A stretch of 64,000 nt of DNA. Source: the human T2T-CHM13v2.0 reference genome, Homo sapiens. Each line of letters starts with the position of its first letter. Position 1 is the first letter of the stretch. Positions 1-14,600 of this stretch are shown here, piece by piece. The DNA is taken from NCBI RefSeq assembly GCF_009914755.1, contig NC_060939.1, one strand, 5' to 3'. The position numbers and the translations under genes are program-made. A model generated the notes under the pieces. It ran no database searches and had not been told where the DNA came from. It saw only the letters and a list, made by a program, of their open reading frames with translations.

Positions 1-78
1 ATTCCATACTATTGCATTCCATTCTTTTACATTATATTCGAATAATTTCCATTCAAGACCATTTCTTTTGAGTCCATT

Positions 79-1827
79 CTATTTGAGTCCATTCCCTTTG
101 ATTCCATAACATTTGAGTCCATTCAATTCCATTCCTTTCGTTTGCATTCCATTTGATGCCATTCCATTCAATTCTGTTCTACTCGACTCCAATACATTCA
201 ATTCCATTCCATCCGATTCCATTACATTCTTTTCATTTCTTATCCATTTCAAGCCATTCCACTCCATTCCATTCCACTCGTTTCCTTTCCATTCGAGTCC
301 ATTCCTCTCCAGTCCATTCCGTTCAATCCATTCCATTCCAGTCCATTCCATTCGAGTCCGTTCCATTCCAGTCCATTCCATTCGAGTCAATTCCATTCCA
401 TTCGATGTCTTTCCATAACGATCCATTCCATTCTATTCCTTTCGATTCCATTCCATTCTATTTCATTCCATTCGATTCCCTTCCATTGGACTCCTTTCCA
501 TTCGAGTTCATTCCATTCCGTTCCATTTCTTTCCGTTCTGTACGATTCCTACCGTTCGATTTCATTTTGTTCCAGTCCATTCCTTTCGCGTCCATTCCAT
601 TCCACTCCATTCGATTCCATTCCACTCGATTCCACTTCGTTCCATTTCATTGCATTCCATTCTATTCAACTCTATTGCCTTCCATTCCATTCCATTCGAT
701 TACATTCCATGCGATTCCATTCGAAATCGAATCAGTTACATTGCAATCCATTACTATTGAGTCCGTTTTATTCCAGTCCACTGCATTCTGGTCCATTCCA
801 TTTGATTCCATTCCATTTTATTCCATTCCATACAGTTGCATTCCATTGGATTCCATGCTATATCTATAAATTCAATTCGAGACCATTGATTTTGAGTCCA
901 TTCTATATGTTTCCATTCCATTCAAGTCCATTACATTTGGTTCAATTCCATTCCATTCCATTCCCTTCCATTCCATTCCAGTTGATATCAATCCATTCGA
1001 TTCCATTCCATTCGAGCACATTCCATTCGAGTCCATTCCATTCGATGCCATTCCATTTGATTCTATTCCATTAGTCTCCATTCAATTCCATTAATCTCCA
1101 TTCCATTCCATTCTACTCCAACTGATTCCATTCCATTCTATTCCTTTCCATTCCATTTCATTCCATTCCATTCCATTTCATTCCAATCCATTCCATTCGC
1201 TTCCATTCCATTCGTGTCCATTCCACTCCAGTCCATTCCATTTGTGTCCACTGCATTCCATTCCACTCCATTCCATATTATTCCATTACACTCCATTCCA
1301 TTCTATTACTTTCATTTCCATTCAATTCCATTCCATTTGATTCCATTCCACTCGGTTTCATTCCATTTGAGTCCACTCCATTCCATTCCATTCCATTCCA
1401 TTCAGTTCCATTCCATTCCGTTCCATTGCATTCCATTCCATTCGGTACCATTCCATATTGTTCCATTCGATTCCATTCGAATCCATTCCATTCCAGTCCA
1501 TTCCATTCGATTCCATTCCATTCCTTTCAATTCCATTCCATTCCATTCCACTTGATTCCACTCCATTCCCTTCCACTGCATTCCATTCGATTCCATTCCA
1601 TTGCATTGCATTCCATTCCATTGGACTGCATTCCATTCGATTCCATTCCATTCAAATCAATTACATAGCAATCCATTACATTCTAGTCTATTCTATTCCG
1701 TTCCATTCGATTTCGTTCCAATCCATTCGATTCCATTCCATTCGATTCCATTCCATACTATTGCATTCCATTCTATTACATTATATTCGAATAATTTCCA
1801 TTCAAGACCATTTCTTTTGAGTCCATT
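79..1827 (+). repeat. First complete unit (U1, 1749 bp; shortest in the window)
   Basis: Contains all unit landmarks: CTGTACGATTCCTACCG (~538), CGAAATCGAATC (~722), TATCTATAAATT (~861), GATATC (984), GGTACC (1444), TTACATAGCAAT (~1661), CAAGACC (~1803). Confidence 0.9.
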
Positions 1828-4800
1828 CTATTTGAGTCCATTCCCTTTGATTCCATAACATTTGAGTCCATTCAATTCCATTCCTTTCGTTTGCATTCCA
1901 TTTGATGCCATTCCATTCAATTCTGTTCTACTCGACTCCAATACATTCAATTCCATTCCATCCGATTCCATTACATTCTTTTCATTTCTTATCCATTTCA
2001 AGCCATTCCACTCCATTCCATTCCACTCGTTTCCTTTCCATTCGAGTCCATTCCTCTCCAGTCCATTCCGTTCAATCCATTCCATTCCAGTCCGTTCCAT
2101 TCGAGTCCGTTCCATTCCAGTCCATTCCATTCGAGTCAATTCCATTCCATTCGATGTCTTTCCATAACGATCCATTCCATTCTATTCCTTTCGATTCCAT
2201 TCCATTCTATTTCATTCCATTCGATTCCCTTCCATTGGACTCCTTTCCATTCGAGTTCATTCCATTCCGTTCCATTTCTTTCCGTTCTGTACGATTCCTA
2301 CCGTTCGATTTCATTTTGTTCCAGTCCATTCCTTTCGCGTCCATTCCATTCCACTCCATTCGATTCCATTCCACTCGATTCCACTTCGTTCCATTTCATT
2401 GCATTCCATTCTATTCAACTCTATTGCCTTCCATTCCATTCTATTCGATTACATTCCATGCGATTCCATTCGAAATCGAATCAATTACATTGCAATCCAT
2501 TACTATTGAGTCCGTTTTATTCCAGTCCACTGCATTCTGGTCCATTCCATTTGATTCCATTCCATTTTATTCCATTCCATACAGTTGCATTCCATTGGAT
2601 TCCATGCTATATCTATAAATTCAATTCGAGACCATTGCTTTTGAGTCCATTCTATATGTTTCCATTCCATTCAAGTCCATTACATTTGGTTCAATTCCAT
2701 TCCATTCCATTCCCTTCCATTCCATTCCAGTTGATATCAATCCATTCGATTCCATTCCATTCGAGCACATTCCATTCGAGTCCATTCCATTCGATGCCAT
2801 TCCATTTGATTCTATTCCATTAGTCTCCATTCAATTCCATTAATCTCCATTCCATTCCATTCTACTCCAACTGATTCCATTCCATTCTATTCCTTTCCAT
2901 TCCATTTCATTCCATTCCATTCCATTTCATTCCATTCCATTCCATTCGCTTCCATTCCATTCGTGTCCATTCCACTCCAGTCCATTCCTTTTGTGTCCAC
3001 TGCATTCCATTCCACTCCATTCCATATTATTCCATTACACTCCATTCCATTCTATTACTTTCATTTCCATTCAATTCCATTCCATTTGATTCCATTCCAC
3101 TCGGTTTCATTCCATTTGAGTCCACTCCATTCCATTCCATTCCATTCCATTCAGTTCCATTCTATTCTGTTCCATTCCATTCCGTTCCATTGCATTCCAT
3201 TCCATTCGGTACCATTCCATATTGTTCCATTCGATTCCATTCGAATCCATTCCATTCCAGTCCATTCCATTCGATTCCATTCCATTCCTTTCAATTCCAT
3301 TCCATTCCATTCCATTCCATTCCATTCCATTCCACTTGATTCCACTCCATTCCCTTCCACTGCATTCCATTCGATTCCATTCCATTGCATTGCATTCCAT
3401 TCCATTGGACTGCATTCCATTCGATTCCATTCCATTCGAATCAATTACATAGCAATCCATTACATTCGAGTCTATTCTATTCCGTTCCATTCGATTTCAT
3501 TCCAATCCATTCGATTCCATTCCATTCGATTCCATTCCATACTATTGCATTCCATTCGATTACATTATATTCGAATAAGTTCCATTCAAGACCATTTCTT
3601 TTGAGTCCATTCTATTTGAGTCCATTCCCTTTGATTCCATAACATTTGAGTCCATTCAATTCCATTCCTTTCGTTTCCATTCCATTTGATGCCATTCCAT
3701 TCAATTCTGTTCTACTCGACTCCAATACATTCAATTCCATTCCATCCGATTCCATTACATTCTTTTCATTTCTTATCCATTTCAAGCCATTCCACTCCAT
3801 TCCATTCCACTCGTTTCCTTTCCATTCGAGTCCATTCCTCTCCAGTCCATTCCGTTCAATCCATTCCATTCCAGTCCATTCCATTCGAGTCCGTTCCATT
3901 CCAGTCCATTCCATTCGAGTCAATTCCATCCCATTCGATGTCTTTCCATAACAATCCATTCCATTCTATTCCTTTCGATTCCATTCCATTCTATTTCATT
4001 CCATTCGATTCCCTTCCATTGGACTCCTTTCCATTCGAGTGCATTCCATTCCGTTCCATTTCTTTCCGTTCTGTACGATTCCTACCGTTCGATTTCATTT
4101 TGTTCCAGTCCATTCCTTTCGCGTCCATTCCATTCCATTTCACTCCATTCGATTCCATTCCACTCGATTCCACTTCGTTCCATTTCATTGCATTCCATTC
4201 TATTCAACTCTATTGCCTTCCATTCCATTCCATTCGATTACATTCCATGCGATTCCATTCGAAATCGAATCAATTACATTGCAATCCATTACTATTGAGT
4301 CCATTTTATTCCAGTCCACTGCATTCTGGTCCATTCCATTTGATTCCATTCCATTCTATTCCATTCCATACAGTTGCATTCCATTGGATTCCATTCTATA
4401 TCTATAAATTCAATTCGAGACCATTGCTTTTGAGTCCATTCTATATGATTCCATTCCATTCAAGTCCATTACATTTGGTTCAATTCCATTCCATTCCATT
4501 CCCTTCCATTCCATTCCAGTTGATATCAATCCATTCGATTCCATTCCATTCGAGCACATTCCATTCGAGTCCATTCCATTCGATGCCATTCCATTTGATT
4601 CTATTCCATTAGTCTCCATTCAATTCCATTAATCTCCATTCCATTCCATTCTACTCCAACTGATTCCATTCCATTCTATTCCTTTCCATTCCATTTCATT
4701 CCATTCCATTCCATTTCATTCCATTCCATTCCATTCGCTTCCATTCCATTCGTGTCCATTCCACTCCAGTCCATTCCATTCGTGTCCATTCCATTCCAGT

Positions 4801-5619
4801 CCATTCCATTTGTGTCCACTGCATTCCATTCCACTCCATTCCATATTATTCCATTACACTCCATTCCATTCTATTACTTTCATTTCCATTCAATTCCATT
4901 CCATTTGATTCCATTCCACTCGGTTTCATTCCATTTGAGTCAACTCCATTCCATTCCATTCCATTCCATTCCATTCAGTTCCATTCCATTCTGTTCCATT
5001 CCATTCCGTTCCATTGCATTCCATTCCATTCGGTACCATTCCATATTGTTCCATTTGATTCCATTCGAATCCATTCCATTCCAGTCCATTCCATTCGATT
5101 CCATTCCTTTCATTTCAATTCCATTCCATTCCATTCCATTACATTCCACTTGATTCCTCTCCATTCCCTTCCACTGCATTCCGTTCGATTCCATTCCATT
5201 GCATTGCATTCCATTCCATTGGATTGCATTCCATTCGATTCCATTCCATTCGAATCAATTACATAGCAATCCATTACATTCGAGTCTATTCTATTCCGTT
5301 CCATTCGATTTCGTTCCAATCCATTCGATTCCATCCCATTCGATTCCATTCCATACTATTGCATTCCATTCGATTACATTATATTCGAATAAGTTCCATT
5401 CAAGACCATTTCTTTTGAGTCCATTCTATTTGAGTCCATTCCCTTTGATTCCATAACATTTGAGTCCATTCAATTCCATTCCTTTCGTTTCCATTCCATT
5501 TGATGCCATTCCATTCAATTCTGTTCTACTCGACTCCAATACATTCAATTCCATTCCATCCGATTCCATTACATTCTTTTCATTTCTTATCCATTTCAAG
5601 CCATTCCACTCCATTCCAT

Positions 5620-8600
5620 TCCACTCGTTTCCTTTCCATTCGAGTCCATTCCTCTCCAGTCCATTCCGTTCAATCCATTCCATTCCAGTCCATTCCATTC
5701 GAGTCCGTTCCATTCCAGTCCATTCCATTCGAGTCAATTCCATTCCATTCGATGTCTTTCCATAACGATCCATTCCATTCTATTCCTTTCGATTCCATTC
5801 CATTCTATTTCATTCCATTCGATTCCCTTCCATTGGACTCCTTTCCATTCGAGTGCATTCCATTCCGTTCCATTTCTTTCCGTTCTGTACGATTCCTACC
5901 GTTCGATTTCATTTTGTTCCAGTCCATTCTTTCGCGTCCATTCCATTCCATTTCACTCCATTCGATTCCATTCCACTCGATTCCACTTCGTTCCATTTCA
6001 TTGCATTCCATTCTATTCAACTCTATTGCCTTCCATTCCATTCCATTCGATTACATTCCATGCGATTCCGTTCGAAATCGAATCAATTACATTGCAATCC
6101 ATTACTATTGAGTCCGTTTTATTCCAGTCCACTGCATTCTGGTCCATTCCATTTGATTCCATTCCATTCTATTCCATTCCATCCAGTTGCATTCCATTGG
6201 ATTCCATGCTATATCTATAAATTCAATTCGAGACCATTGCTTTTGAGTCCATTCTATATGATTCCATTCCATTCAAGTCCATTACATTTGGTTCAATTCC
6301 ATTCCATTCCATTCCCTTCCATTCCATTCCATTTGATATCAATCCATTCGATTCCATTCCATTCGAGCACATTCAATTCGAGTCCATTCCATTCGATGCC
6401 ATTCCATTTGATTCTATTCCATTAGTCTCCATTCAATTCCATTAATCTCCATTCCATTCCATTCTACTTCAACTGATTCCATTCCATTCTATTCCTTTCC
6501 ATTCCATTTCATTCCATTCCATTCCATTTCATTCCATTCCATTCCATTCGTGTCCATTCCACTCCAGTCCATTCCATTCGTGTCCATTCCATTCCAGTCC
6601 ATTCCATTTGTGTCCACTGCCTTCCATTCCACTCCATTCCATATTATTCCATTACACTCCATTCCATTCTATTACTTTCATTTCCATTCAATTCCATTCC
6701 ATTTGATTCCATTCCACTCGGTTTCATTCCATTTGAGTCCACTCCATTCCATTCCATTCCATTCCATTCAGTTCCATTCTATTCTGTTCCATTCCATTCC
6801 GTTCCATTGCATTCCATTCCATTCGGTACTATTCCATATTGTTCCATTCGATTCCATTCGAATCCATTCCATTCCAGTCCATTCCATTCGATTCCATTCC
6901 ATTCCTTTCCATTCCATTCCATTCCATTCCATTCCACTTGATTCCACTCCATTCCCTTCCACTGCATTCCATTCGATTCCATTCCATTGCATTGCATTCC
7001 ATTCCATTGGATTGCATTCCATTCGATTCCATTCCATTCGAATCAATTACATAGCAATCCATTACATTCGAGTCTATTCTATTCCGTTCCATTCGATTTC
7101 GTTCCAATCCATTCGATTCCATTCCATTCGATTCCATTCCATACTATTGCATTCCATTCGATTACATTATATTCAAATAAGTTCCATTCAAGACCATTTC
7201 TTTTGAGTCCATTCTATTTGAGTCCATTCCCTTTGATTCCATAACATTTGAGTCCATTCAATTCCATTCCTTTCGTTTCCATTCCATTTGATGCCATTCC
7301 ATTCAATTCTGTTCTACTCGACTCCAATACATTCAATTCCATTCCATCCGATTCCATTACATTCTTTTCATTTCTTATCCATTTCAAGCCATTCCACTCC
7401 ATTCCATTCCACTCGTTTCCTTTCCATTCGAGTCCATTCCTCTCCAGTCCATTCCGTTCAATCCATTCCATTCCAGTCCATTCCATTCGAGTCCGTTCCA
7501 TTCCAGTCCATTCCATTCGAGTCAATTCCATCCCATTCGATGTCTTTCCATAACGATCCATTCCATTCTATTCCTTTCGATTCCATTCCATTCTATTTCA
7601 TTCCATTCGATTCCCTTCCATTGGACTCCTTTCCATTCGAGTGCATTCCATTCCGTTCCATTTCTTTCCGTTCTGTACGATTCCTACCGTTCGATTTCAT
7701 TTTGTTCCAGTCCATTCCTTTCGCGTCCATTCCATTCCATTTCACTCCATTCGATTCCATTCCACTCGATTCCACTTCGTTCCATTTCATTGCATTCCAT
7801 TCTATTCAACTCTATTGCCTTCCATTACATTCCATTCGATTACATTCCATGCGATTCCATTCGAAATCGAATCAATTACATTGCAATCCATTACTATTGA
7901 GTCCGTTTTATTCCAGTCCACTGCATTCTGGTCCATTCCATTTGATTCCATTCCATTCTACTCCATTCCATACAGTTGCATTCCATTGGATTCCATGCTA
8001 TATCTATAAATTCAATTCGAGACCATTGCTTTTGAGTCCATTCTATATGATTCCATTCCATTCAAGTCCATTACATTTGGTTCAATTCCATTCCATTCCA
8101 TTCCCTTCCATTCCATTCCAGTTGATATCAATCCATTCGATTCCATTCCATTCGAGCACATTCCATTCGAGTCCATTCCATTCGATGCCATTCCATTTGA
8201 TTCTATTCCATTAGTCTCCATTCAATTCCATTAATCTCCATTCCATTCCATTCTACTCCAACTGATTCCATTCCATTATACTCCTTTCCATTCCATTTCA
8301 TTCCATTCCATTCCATTTCATTCCATTCCATTCCATTCGTGTCCATTCCACTCCAGTCCATTCCATTCGTGTCCATTCCATTCCAGTCCATTCCATTTGT
8401 GTCCCCTGCATTCCATTACACTCCATTCCATATTATTCCATTACACTCCATTCAATTCTATTACTTTCATTTCCATTCAATTCCATTCCATTTGATTCCA
8501 TTCCACTCGGTTTCATTCCATTTGAGTCCACTCCATTCCATTCCATTCCATTCCATTCAGTTCCATTCCATTCTGTTCCATTCCATTCCGTTCCATTACA

Positions 8601-11600
8601 TTCCATTCCATTCGGTTCCATTCCATATTGTTCCATTCGATTCCATTCGAATCCATTCCATTCCAGTCCATTCCATTCGATTCCATTCCATTCATTTCAA
8701 TTCCATTCCATTCCATTCCATTACATTCCACTTGATTCCTCTCCATTCCCTTCCACTGCATTCCGTTCGATTCCATTCCATTGCATTGCATTCCATTCCA
8801 TTGGACTGCATTCCATTCGATTCCATTCCATTCGAATCAATTACATAGCAATCCATTACATTCGAGTCTATTCTATTCCGTTCCATTCGATTTCGTTCCA
8901 ATCCATTCGATTCCATTCCATTCGATTCCATTCCATACTATTGCATTCCATTCGATTACATTATATTCGAATAAGTTCCATTCAAGACCATTTCTTTTGA
9001 GTCCATTCTATTTGAGTCCATTCCCTTTGATTCCATAACATTTGAGTCCATTCAATTCCATTCCTTTCGTTTCCATTCCATTTGATGCCATTCCATTCAA
9101 TTCTGTTCTACTCGACTCCAATACATTCAATTCCATTCCATCCGATTCCATTACATTCTTTTCATTTCTTATCCATTTCAAGCCATTCCACTCCATTCCA
9201 TTCCACTCGTTTCCTTTCCATTCGAGTCCATTCCTCTCCAGTCCATTCCGTTCAATCCATTCCATTCCAGTCCATTCCATTCGAGTCCGTTCCATTCCAG
9301 TCCATTCCATTCGAGTCAATTCCATCCCATTCGATGTCTTTCCATAACGATCCATTCCATTTTATTCCTTTCGATTCCATTCCATTCTATTTCATTCCAT
9401 TCGATTCCCTTCCATTGGACTCCTTTCCATTCGAGTGCATTCCATTCCATTCCATTTCTTTCCGTTCTGTACGATTCCTACCGTTCGATTTCATTTTGTT
9501 CCAGTCCATTCCTTTCGCGTCCATTCCATTCCATTTCCCTCCATTCGATTCCATTCCACTCGATTCCACTTCGTTCCATCTCATTGCATTCCATTCTATT
9601 CAACTCTATTGCCTTCCATTCCATTCCATTCGATTACATTCCATGCGATTCCATTCGAAATCGAATCAATTACATTGCAATCCATTACTATTGAGTCCAT
9701 TTTATTCCAGTCCACTGCATTCTGGTCCATTCCATTTGATTCCATTCCATTCTATTCCATTCCATACAGTTGCATTCCATTGGATTCCATTCTATATCTA
9801 TAAATTCAATTCGAGACCATTGCTTTTGAGTCCATTCTATATGATTCCATTCCATTCAAGTCCATTACATTTGGTTCAATTCCATTCCATTCCATTCCCT
9901 TCCATTCCATTCCAGTTGATATCAATCCATTCGATTCCATTCCATTCGAGCACATTCCATTCGAGTCCATTCCATTCGATGCCATTCCATTTGATTCTAT
10001 TCCATTAGTCTCCATTCAATTCCATTAATCTCCATTCCATTCCATTCTACTCCAACTGATTCCCTTCCATTCTATTCCTTTCCATTCCATTTCATTCCAT
10101 TCCATTCCATTCGCTTACATTCCATTCGTTTCCATTCCACTCCAGTCCATTCCATTCGTGTCCATTCCATTCCAGTCCATTCCATTTGTGTCCACTGCAT
10201 TCCATTCCACTCCATTCCATATTATTCCATTACACTCCATTCCATTCTATTACTTTCATTTCCATTCAATTCCATTCCATTTGATTCCATTCCACTCGGT
10301 TTCATTCCATTTGAGTCCACTCCATTCCATTCCATTCCATTCCATTCCATTCAGTTCCATTCCATTCTCTTCCGTTCCATTCCATTCTGTTCCATTCCAT
10401 TCCGTTCCATTGCATTCCATTCCATTCGGTACCATTCCATATTGTTCCATTCGATTCCATTCGAATCCATTCCATTCCAGTCCATTCCATTCGATTCCAT
10501 TCCATTCCTTTCAATTCCATTCCATTCCATTCCATTCCACTTGATTCCACTCCATTCCCTTCCACTGCATTCCATTCGATTCCATTCCATTGCATTTCAT
10601 TCCATTCCATTGGACTGCATTCCATTCGATTCCATTCCATTCGAATCAATTACATAGCAATCCATTACATTCGAGTCTATTCTATTCCGTTCCATTCGAT
10701 TTCGTTCCAATCCATTCGATTCCACTCCATTCGATTCCATTCCATACTATTGCATTCCATTCTATTACATTATATTCGAATAAGTTCCATTCAAGACCAT
10801 TTCTTTTGAGTCCATTCTATTTGAGTCCATTCCCTTTGATTCCATAACATTTGAGTCCATTCAATTCCATTCCTTTCGTTTCCATTCCATTTGATGCCAT
10901 TCCATTCAATTCTGTTCTACTCGACTCCAATACATTCAATTCCATTCCATCCGATTCCATTACATTCTTTTCATTTCTTATCCATTTCAAGCCATTCCAC
11001 TCCACTCCATTCCACTCGTTTCCTTTCCATTCGAGTCCATTCCTCTCCAGTCCATTCCGTTCAATCCATTCCATTCCAGTCCATTCCATTCGAGTCCGTT
11101 CCATTCCAGTCCATTCCATTCGAGTCAATTCCATTCCATTCGATGTCTTTCCATAACGATCCATTCCATTCTATTCCTTTCGATTCCATTCCATTCTATT
11201 TCATTCCATTCGATTCCCTTCCATTGGACTCCTTTCCATTCGAGTGCATTCCATTCCGTTCCATTTCTTTCCGTTCTGTACGATTCCTACCGTTCGATTT
11301 CATTTTGTTCCAGTCCATTCTTTCGCGTCCATTCCATTCCATTTCACTCCATTCGATTCCATTCCACTCGATTCCACTTCGTTCCATTTCATTGCATTCC
11401 ATTCTATTCAACTCTATTGCCTTCCATTCCATTCCATTCGATTACATTCCATGCGATTCCGTTCGAAATCGAATCAATTACATTGCAATCCATTACTATT
11501 GAGTCCGTTTTATTCCAGTCCACTGCATTCTGGTCCATTCCATTTGATTCCATTCCATTCTATTCCATTCCATCCAGTTGCATTCCATTGGATTCCATTC

Positions 11601-14600
11601 TATATCTATAAATTCAATTCGAGACCATTGCTTTTGAGTCCATTCTATATGATTCCATTCCATTCAAGTCCATTACATTTGGTTCAATTCCATTCCATTC
11701 CATTCCCTTCCATTCCATTCCATTTGATATCAATCCATTCGATTCCATTCCATTCGAGCACATTCAATTCGAGTCCATTCCATTCGATGCCATTCCATTT
11801 GATTCTATTCCATTAGTCTCCATTCAATTCCATTAATCTCCATTCCATTCCATTCTACTTCAACTGATTCCATTCCATTCTATTCCTTTCCATTCCATTT
11901 CATTCCATTCCATTCCATTTCATTCCATTCCATTCCATTCGTGTCCATTCCACTCCAGTCCATTCCATTCGTGTCCATTCCATTCCAGTCCATTCCATTT
12001 GTGTCCACTGCCTTCCATTCCACTCCATTCCATATTATTCCATTACACTCCATTCCATTCTATTACTTTCATTTCCATTCAATTCCATTCCATTTGATTC
12101 CATTCCACTCGGTTTCATTCCATTTGAGTCCACTCCATTCCATTCCATTCCATTCCATTCAGTTCCATTCTATTCTGTTCCATTCCATTCCGTTCCATTG
12201 CATTCCATTCCATTCGGTACTATTCCATATTGTTCCCTTCGATTCCATTCGAATCCATTCCATTCCAGTCCATTCCATTCGATTCCATTCCATTCCTTTC
12301 CATTCCATTCCATTCCATTCCATTCCACTTGATTCCACTCCATTCCCTTCCACTGCATTCCATTCGATTCCATTCCATTGCATTGCATTCCATTCCATTG
12401 GATTGCATTCCATTCGATTCCATTCCATTCGAATCAATTACATAGCAATCCATTACATTCGAGTCTATTCTATTCCGTTCCATTCGATTTCGTTCCAATC
12501 CATTCGATTCCATTCCATTCGATTCCATTCCATACTATTGCATTCCATTCGATTACATTATATTCAAATAAGTTCCATTCAAGACCATTTCTTTTGAGTC
12601 CATTCTATTTGAGTCCATTCCCTTTGATTCCATAACATTTGAGTCCATTCAATTCCATTCCTTTCGTTTCCATTCCATTTGATGCCATTCCATTCAATTC
12701 TGTTCTACTCGACTCCAATACATTCAATTCCTTTCCATCCGATTCCATTACATTCTTTTCATTTCTTATCCATTTCAAGCCATTCCACTCCATTCCATTC
12801 CACTCGTTTCCTTTCCATTCGAGTCCATTCCTCTCCAGTCCATTCCGTTCAATCCATTCCATTCCAGTCCATTCCATTCGAGTCCGTTCCATTCCAGTCC
12901 ATTCCATTCGAGTCAATTCCATCCCATTCGATGTCTTTCCATAACGATCCATTCCATTCTATTCCTTTCGATTCCATTCCATTCTATTTCATTCCATTCG
13001 ATTCCCTTCCATTGGACTCCTTTCCATTCGAGTGCATTCCATTCCGTTCCATTTCTTTCCGTTCTGTACGATTCCTACCGTTCGATTTCATTTTCTTCCA
13101 GTCCATTCCTTTCGCGTCCATTCCATTCCATTTCACTCCATTCGATTCCATTCCACTCGATTCCACTTCGTTCCATTTCATTGCATTCCATTCTATTCAA
13201 CTCTATTGCCTTCCATTACATTCCATTCGATTACATTCCATGCGATTCCATTCGAAATCGAATCAATTACATTGCAATCCATTACTATTGAGTCCGTTTT
13301 ATTCCAGTCCACTGCATTCTGGTCCATTCCATTTGATTCCATTCCATTCTACTCCATTCCATACAGTTGCATTCCATTGGATTCCATGCTATATCTATAA
13401 ATTCAATTCGAGACCATTGCTTTTGAGTCCATTCTATATGATTCCATTCCATTCAAGTCCATTACATTTGGTTCAATTCCATTCCATTCCATTCCCTTCC
13501 ATTCCATTCCAGTTGATATCAATCCATTCGATTCCATTCCATTCGAGCACATTCCATTCGAGTCCATTCCATTCGATGCCATTCCATTTGATTCTATTCC
13601 ATTAGTCTCCATTCAATTCCATTAATCTCCATTCCATTCCATTCTACTCCAACTGATTCCATTCCATTATACTCCTTTCCATTCCATTTCATTCCATTCC
13701 ATTCCATTTCATTCCATTCCATTCCATTCGTGTCCATTCCACTCCAGTCCATTCCATTCGTGTCCATTCCATTCCAGTCCATTCCATTTGTGTCCCCTGC
13801 ATTCCATTACACTCCATTCCATATTATTCCATTACACTCCATTCAATTCTATTACTTTCATTTCCATTCAATTCCATTCCATTTGATTCCATTCCACTCG
13901 GTTTCATTCCATTTGAGTCCACTCCATTCCATTCCATTCGATTCCATTCAGTTCCATTCCATTCTGTTCCATTCCATTCCGTTCCATTACATTCCATTCC
14001 ATTCGGTTCCATTCCATATTGTTCCATTCGATTCCATTCGAATCCATTCCATTCCAGTCCATTCCATTCGATTCCATTCCATTCATTTCAATTCCATTCC
14101 ATTCCATTCCATTACATTCCACTTGATTCCTCTCCATTCCCTTCCACTGCATTCCGTTCGATTCCATTCCATTGCATTGCATTCCATTCCATTGGATTGC
14201 ATTCCATTCGATTCCATTCCATTCGAATCAATTACATAGCAATCCATTACATTCGAGTCTATTCTATTCCGTTCCATTCGATTTCGTTCCAATCCATTCG
14301 ATTCCATTCCATTCGATTCCATTCCATACTATTGCATTCCATTCGATTACATTATATTCGAATAAGTTCCATTCAAGACCATTTCTTTTGAGTCCATTCT
14401 ATTTGAGTCCATTCCCTTTGATTCCATAACATTTGAGTCCATTCAATTCCATTCCTTTCGTTTCCATTCCATTTGATGCCATTCCATTCAATTCTGTTCT
14501 ACTCGACTCCAATACATTCAATTCCATTCCATCCGATTCCATTACATTCTTTTCATTTCTTATCCATTTCAAGCCATTCCACTCCATTCCATTCCACTCG

